64,000 nucleotides of DNA, from assembly GCA_963845145.1 (NCBI GenBank), contig CAWJQU010000005.1:416001-480000 (forward strand), given 5' to 3'. The stretch's first letter is position 1. Each line of letters opens with the position of its first letter. The notes beneath the pieces are model-generated. The model saw only the letters and a list, made by a program, of their open reading frames with translations, was not told where the DNA came from and did no database searches. A program made the position numbers and the translations under genes. Below are positions 59,549 to 64,000 of this stretch, one piece after another. Source of the stretch: an uncultured delta proteobacterium. Its GTDB lineage: Bacteria; Desulfobacterota; Desulfobacteria; Desulfobacterales; QNYZ01.

Positions 59549-60121
59549 TTAAAGTTTGATGGCATCCCATGCCATGGTGAAAGCCAATTCCAATTTTTCT
59601 TGATCCATTTCCAATCCGTGGCACAATCGTGGATTGGCAAGCCGGGAAATCGGATTGAACAGAAAGGCGGACAGAATGTTCATATCCACGTTCTTGATAA
59701 TCTTCTGATCAATTCCCTTGATAAGCACATTGATAAGGGGAAGATATTCCCTTTCCAGAGCTTCCTTGTCCACCAGCGAACTATATGGAGAATTGGCAAA
59801 CTGTTCGCAATAATCGTAAGATTTCAAGTTACTGGATACAAAGCTAAATACACTGAACCAGGCGCTTTTAATTATATCACGAATCGGCAAGCTGTCGTCA
59901 AAATCGGCAAGGAGTGCATCGGCCAGGTTGTGCTTTATTTCCAAGTAGACCGATACCAACAGATCCTCCTTATTTTTAAAGAACACATATATGGTCGAAG
60001 GGGAAACATTCGCTTCCTTCGCAATTTTCGATACGGAACTGGAAGCGAATCCTATTTTATTGACGAGTTTGACAGTTGCCTTAAACAAGGCCTCTTTTTT
60101 TTGATCATCCTTGATTCTCAT
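59549..60121 (-). CDS. TetR/AcrR family regulator
   Basis: GF..SSVSKIAKEANVSPSTIYVFFKNKEDLL. Confidence 0.92.
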   Translation of the reverse strand: MRIKDDQKKEALFKATVKLVNKIGFASSSVSKIAKEANVSPSTIYVFFKNKEDLLVSVYLEIKHNLADALLADFDDSLPIRDIIKSAWFSVFSFVSSNLKSYDYCEQFANSPYSSLVDKEALEREYLPLINVLIKGIDQKIIKNVDMNILSAFLFNPISRLANPRLCHGLEMDQEKLELAFTMAWDAIKL

Positions 60122-60129
60122 AAAATCTT

Positions 60130-60152
60130 AATAAAACGTTCATTCGTTTATT
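60130..60152. promoter_or_regulatory. probable TetR operator, site 1, over the tetR promoter
   Basis: AATAAAACGTTCATTCGTTTATT imperfect palindrome abutting minus-strand TTGACA (60157-60152). Confidence 0.6.
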
Positions 60153-60293
60153 GTCAATGGGTTTTTTATTCTTGGGGTTTTTTATTCTTGAAAAATAGCT
60201 TATATGCTATGATAAAATGAAAATTATTTCCTTTGGTAATGGTATCCCCGATTTATATTCGTCGATGGCATAACCGGAGACCCAACCCTCTCA

Positions 60294-61631
60294 ATGCTGA
60301 CCAAAAATAAAAAAATCGTTCTAGGCGCGACGTTAATCCTATTTTTGTTTATAGTGATCATCTCTTCGTGGACCATTCCTTTTGCCTTTGAGTCGTCCAC
60401 CATGTATTACAAGTTCGGTGTTCACAAAGTACTATTGCGTGCCGGTAAAATCTTCGGGCTAACGGCTTTTGTACTGGCATGGCTCCAGATCATTTTGATT
60501 TCCCGATTTCGATTACTGGACCGCGTATTTTCTCACAATCAGTTGGTTAATTTTCACGGTATCAACGGGTTAATCCTCCTTGGTTGTGCGATTTCGCACC
60601 CCCTTCTGGTTATGGCGGCGGAAAATTTCACCCTCTATCCTTTGGAAAAAAGATATTGGCCCGAATTTCTCGGCATGGGGTTTCTCTCAATAATATTGAT
60701 GGTCGTCCTTGTCTCATTTTGGCGTCGCAAGTTCTGTTTTTCCTATGAGCAGTGGTTGCGACTGCACCGAATGGGGACGCTTATCATTTTATGCGGCCTT
60801 TTTATTCACATTATTTTCGTAAGCGACGCATTCGGTGATGGTCTTCCCCGGTACATTGTGCTGGGCGCCCAGGGTTTATTTTTTTGGCTGCTTGCCCGTC
60901 TATGGTTTCGGCGCGTATTAAAACCACACCGGGTATTTGCTGTTTCCAAAATCCATTCCGTGGGACGTAAGTCCCAATGTTTGGAAATCGTGCCGACCGA
61001 TGGAAGAGTGTTTGACTTCGCCCCGGGTCAATTTGCTTTTATCACACCCATTTCCAAGAACATCTCAAGGCAGGAGCACCCCTTTACCATTGCATCTTCC
61101 CCCACCCACTCCGGGAGTCTGCAATTTGTCATTAAAGCGATTGGCGATTGGACACGCCGGATAAATTTGCTGGCCAAGGGTGATCCGGTTTATCTGGACG
61201 GACCCTTGGGGCAATTTAGCTATTTATCCCTTTCCGACGACCAACCTGTGATCATGATAGCGGGCGGCATCGGGATTACCCCCATGTTGAGCATGCTGAG
61301 ATTCATGGCAGATAATGACGATCAACGTGAAATTTTGTTGATCTGGAGCAATCGAACACCGGAGGATATTTTTTTTAAAGACGAATTCGATGAATTGAAA
61401 CATCGCTTGAACCATCTGGCCATCAAATATATCATCACTTCGAAACAAAGCGACGAACAGATAGGGCATCGCTTGGACAAAGAGATGCTTGAGGAACTTA
61501 CCAACCATTATCCTAAAACCGCCAATCTTTTTATTTGCGGCCCGCCAGGGATGATGAAACAAATTCGAAAGGATGTCATCCAGGTCGGTTTTTCTTCGAC
61601 CAGGGTTTACACTGAGAAATTTCGGCTTTAA
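60294..61631 (+). CDS. ferric-reductase-like transmembrane domain plus FAD/NAD-binding oxidoreductase
   Basis: TM His pairs; PGQF, EHPFTIAS, GDWT, DGPLG, AGGIGITP, ICGP. Confidence 0.88.
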   Translation: MLTKNKKIVLGATLILFLFIVIISSWTIPFAFESSTMYYKFGVHKVLLRAGKIFGLTAFVLAWLQIILISRFRLLDRVFSHNQLVNFHGINGLILLGCAISHPLLVMAAENFTLYPLEKRYWPEFLGMGFLSIILMVVLVSFWRRKFCFSYEQWLRLHRMGTLIILCGLFIHIIFVSDAFGDGLPRYIVLGAQGLFFWLLARLWFRRVLKPHRVFAVSKIHSVGRKSQCLEIVPTDGRVFDFAPGQFAFITPISKNISRQEHPFTIASSPTHSGSLQFVIKAIGDWTRRINLLAKGDPVYLDGPLGQFSYLSLSDDQPVIMIAGGIGITPMLSMLRFMADNDDQREILLIWSNRTPEDIFFKDEFDELKHRLNHLAIKYIITSKQSDEQIGHRLDKEMLEELTNHYPKTANLFICGPPGMMKQIRKDVIQVGFSSTRVYTEKFRL

Positions 61632-61734
61632 TGTTTGAAAAAGCCTTCGTCCATGAAATCTAAGAGATAAATTTAATGGTGTCTCTCGGACGAATACCTA
61701 AGTCGAGCGTTTTTCAATTTGAAGGAGCCCTAAA

Positions 61735-62319
61735 ATGAAAAAAATCATCATTTTAACATTAGCAATTGTGTTGTTCGGGTTGAATCCTGCCTTGGCCAAC
61801 GAGTGGCAAATCGACCCGGCCCACTCGTCAATTAATTTTGGCGTTAAACATATCTTCTCAACGGTTTTCGGAAACTTCTCCGATTTTTCCGGTCAGGTAT
61901 TTTTCAACCCCGAACAGCTTGAGAAGTCGAAGTTTGACTTTACCGTCAAAGTTGACAGTATCAATACCGACGTCAGTAAAAGAGACAATCATCTGCGATC
62001 CGGCGACTTTTTCGATGCCGGTAAATTTCCCACGATGTCTTTTCAATCCACCGGAATTACCCATACGGGGGGAAATGACTATCTCCTCAAAGGTAAGATG
62101 ACCATCAAGGATGTGACCAAAGACATTGAGGCAACGTTGACCTATTGGGGTGAAAAACCAAACCCGTTTGATGATAAGCAATTGGTGACGGGGTTCGAAA
62201 CACGGTTTGCCATCGAAAGGCTGGAATATGGGGTGGGAAACGGTAAATTCCTGGAAATGGGCGTTGTCGGCCCCACGGTTGATATCTTTACCAGTCTGGA
62301 ATTGACCCGCAAGAAATAA
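61735..62319 (+). CDS. YceI family polyisoprenoid-binding protein
   Basis: Signal peptide; WQIDPAHS, SINT..RDNHLRSGDFFD. Confidence 0.92.
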   Translation: MKKIIILTLAIVLFGLNPALANEWQIDPAHSSINFGVKHIFSTVFGNFSDFSGQVFFNPEQLEKSKFDFTVKVDSINTDVSKRDNHLRSGDFFDAGKFPTMSFQSTGITHTGGNDYLLKGKMTIKDVTKDIEATLTYWGEKPNPFDDKQLVTGFETRFAIERLEYGVGNGKFLEMGVVGPTVDIFTSLELTRKK

Positions 62320-62320
62320 C

Positions 62321-62372
62321 CGCCATCGGCGACAGTGCGGCTTCACTCCGGGTCGCCGCACGTCGCCGGGCG
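62321..62372 (+). terminator. GC-rich hairpin after yceI (terminator or REP-like)
   Basis: CGGCGAC-A-GTGCGGC ... GCCGCAC-GTCGCCG; no U-tract. Confidence 0.45.
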
Positions 62373-62843
62373 ATTGAAGAAATTGGCATTACAATCCGTG
62401 CTTAAAATAGTAAAAAAGGGCCATTTCTTTATTCAGAGAGATATCATATAGTGACCGGCATCGCGCTTTTACCTTTCAACCTGTCCACCACCTGGTGGAC
62501 ATCGCCCAGACATCATTTACCCTTCGGATTTTTTGTGGCGCATTGACAATTTCCAAACTTTTTTTCCATTCGGATTTTTTCCAAAATGGTTGACTTGCCG
62601 TTTTTCAGATAATCTTGACGAATATCATCTGCGGCGTATCCAAAACAGTGACAAATTAGCTCTTTCATTATATTTGTCCTCACCGTTTACCCAAATATCA
62701 ATCGCGTTCATGTCAGCTTATCATCTTCATAAGTGGAAAAACAACTTTGATTTATAAGTAAATTAACACCCTGTTCGAATCGTTTACCCATTTTCATTGT
62801 TTTCCGGTTTTTATTTTTTCTAAAATTAGGTTAAGCTGATGGC

Positions 62844-63614
62844 ATGGTTGCCAAACGAAAACGACAGGTCCGAAAACGGCCTGTGAAAAAGAAAACGAAA
62901 AAGAAAAAAGGGTGGATACGACGGATTGTGGGAGGGCTTATTCGTCTCCTGCTGGTTCTGGCTATTATCAGCTTGCTGATCGTTGGGGGCTTACGCTGGA
63001 TAAACCCGCCCACCAGTATGATGATGGCCATCGAACAGATAAAAGCGAAGACGGACCAGCGCAATGATTTCCGTATCGACTACCGTTGGGTGGATTATGG
63101 GAAAATCGCGACGAATCTGCCCCTGGCCATCATTGCCTCGGAAGATCAGAAATTTCCCATTCATAACGGTTTCGACCTGGAGGCCATCACCGACGCGGTA
63201 GAGACACACCTAAACGGTGGGCGCCTGCGGGGGGCCTCCACAATCACCCAACAGGTGGCCAAAAACCTTTTCCTCTGGCCGGGAAAATCTATGGTGCGGA
63301 AGGGCATTGAAGCCTATTTTACGACCATTATCGAACTTTTGTGGAACAAAGGCAGGATTTTGGAAATCTATATGAACATCGCCGAATTTGGCGATGGTAT
63401 TTTCGGCGTCGAGGCGGCCAGCCAACACTATTTCGGGAAACCGGCCGAACACATTCATTTATGGGAGGCGGCACGTATGGCCGCGGTATTGCCTGACCCC
63501 AAGTCCATGAACCCTCGACGGCCATCGGCCTATGTCTATAAACGGGCGGGTTGGATTCAACGCCAGGTGGACCGCATGGGGGGCAAGCAGGTGCTGGATC
63601 AAATCAAACCGTGA
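62844..63614 (+). CDS. mtgA: monofunctional peptidoglycan transglycosylase
   Basis: SEDQKF..HNGFD, RGASTITQQVAKNLFLW, RKGIEA, ILEIYMN.AEFG. Confidence 0.93.
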   Translation: MVAKRKRQVRKRPVKKKTKKKKGWIRRIVGGLIRLLLVLAIISLLIVGGLRWINPPTSMMMAIEQIKAKTDQRNDFRIDYRWVDYGKIATNLPLAIIASEDQKFPIHNGFDLEAITDAVETHLNGGRLRGASTITQQVAKNLFLWPGKSMVRKGIEAYFTTIIELLWNKGRILEIYMNIAEFGDGIFGVEAASQHYFGKPAEHIHLWEAARMAAVLPDPKSMNPRRPSAYVYKRAGWIQRQVDRMGGKQVLDQIKP

Positions 63615-63694
63615 CGATTTTCTTTGACATATTATATGAAATAATAGCCGATGGTTCATTTGTCCCTTTATTGATGAAATAAATTCTATACCAA

Positions 63695-64000
63695 ATGAGA
63701 ATCTTATGTATATCCGATAAGGTCGTATTGTCCGATGGGTTTGATCAAAGCCGCATAGGTGCCGTGGATGCCATCATATCCTGTGGCGATCTGCCGCCGG
63801 AGCATCTCACTTCCCTACGCTCAAAACTCGATGTGCCGCTATATTACGTTAAAGGCAATCATGATATCCGCTACGAAGACTCACCGCCGAAAGGATGCAT
63901 GAACATTCACGGGCGAATCGTTGATATAGGCAATCAGCGCGTGCTGGGGCTGGAGGGATCGCGTTGGTATAACGAGGGCCCGAATCAGCATACCGAAGCC
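63695..64000 (+). CDS. metallophosphoesterase, N-terminal part (runs off window)
   Basis: MRILCISD, SCGDL, VKGNHD, GLEGSRWYN; not in the ORF track because it has no stop codon. Confidence 0.85.
   Translation, partial: MRILCISDKVVLSDGFDQSRIGAVDAIISCGDLPPEHLTSLRSKLDVPLYYVKGNHDIRYEDSPPKGCMNIHGRIVDIGNQRVLGLEGSRWYNEGPNQHTEA

Noticed and set aside
1..64000. CRISPR array, rRNA, tRNA, intact IS or prophage
   Set aside because: No repeat-spacer periodicity, RNA-gene signature, full-length transposase or phage gene seen by eye.

Overview
Bacterial chromosomal window, probably an anaerobic deltaproteobacterium of the Desulfobacterales (inferred from gene content and two short inverted-repeat elements). 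About 38 kb is a type II FAS/PKS lipid-natural-product gene set in two blocks (580-10243 and 20722-48248). It combines flexirubin/aryl-polyene-type accessory genes (darA, darB, BtrH-like, LolA, MMPL-methyltransferase, GT2, LpxL-type and LPLAT acyltransferases, ApeI/ApeP-type dehydratases, FabG, ABC exporter) with an unusual load of extras. These are 4 ACPs, 6 catalytically complete FabF-type KS, 3 CLF-like units, 5 radical SAM enzymes (3 B12-binding plus a tandem non-B12 pair), a stand-alone type I PKS dehydratase and a DAK2-DegV (FakA-FakB) fusion. No ammonia-lyase or aryl-CoA/AMP ligase is visible. The ~10 kb between the blocks holds an AAA+/DUF4143 ATPase with a perfect 48-bp palindrome upstream, a patch of gene relics (higBA, tyrosine transposase, AraC), and an L,D-transpeptidase - Lpp/OprI-like lipoprotein - YafK-like module. 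To the right are an eboE-eboD-HAD unit, a TetR-associated MBL/AKR/SDR set with several frameshifts, a ferric-reductase-like gene, yceI, mtgA and a truncated metallophosphoesterase. No rRNA, tRNA or CRISPR array was seen. All family calls come from motif recognition by eye, not from database searches.
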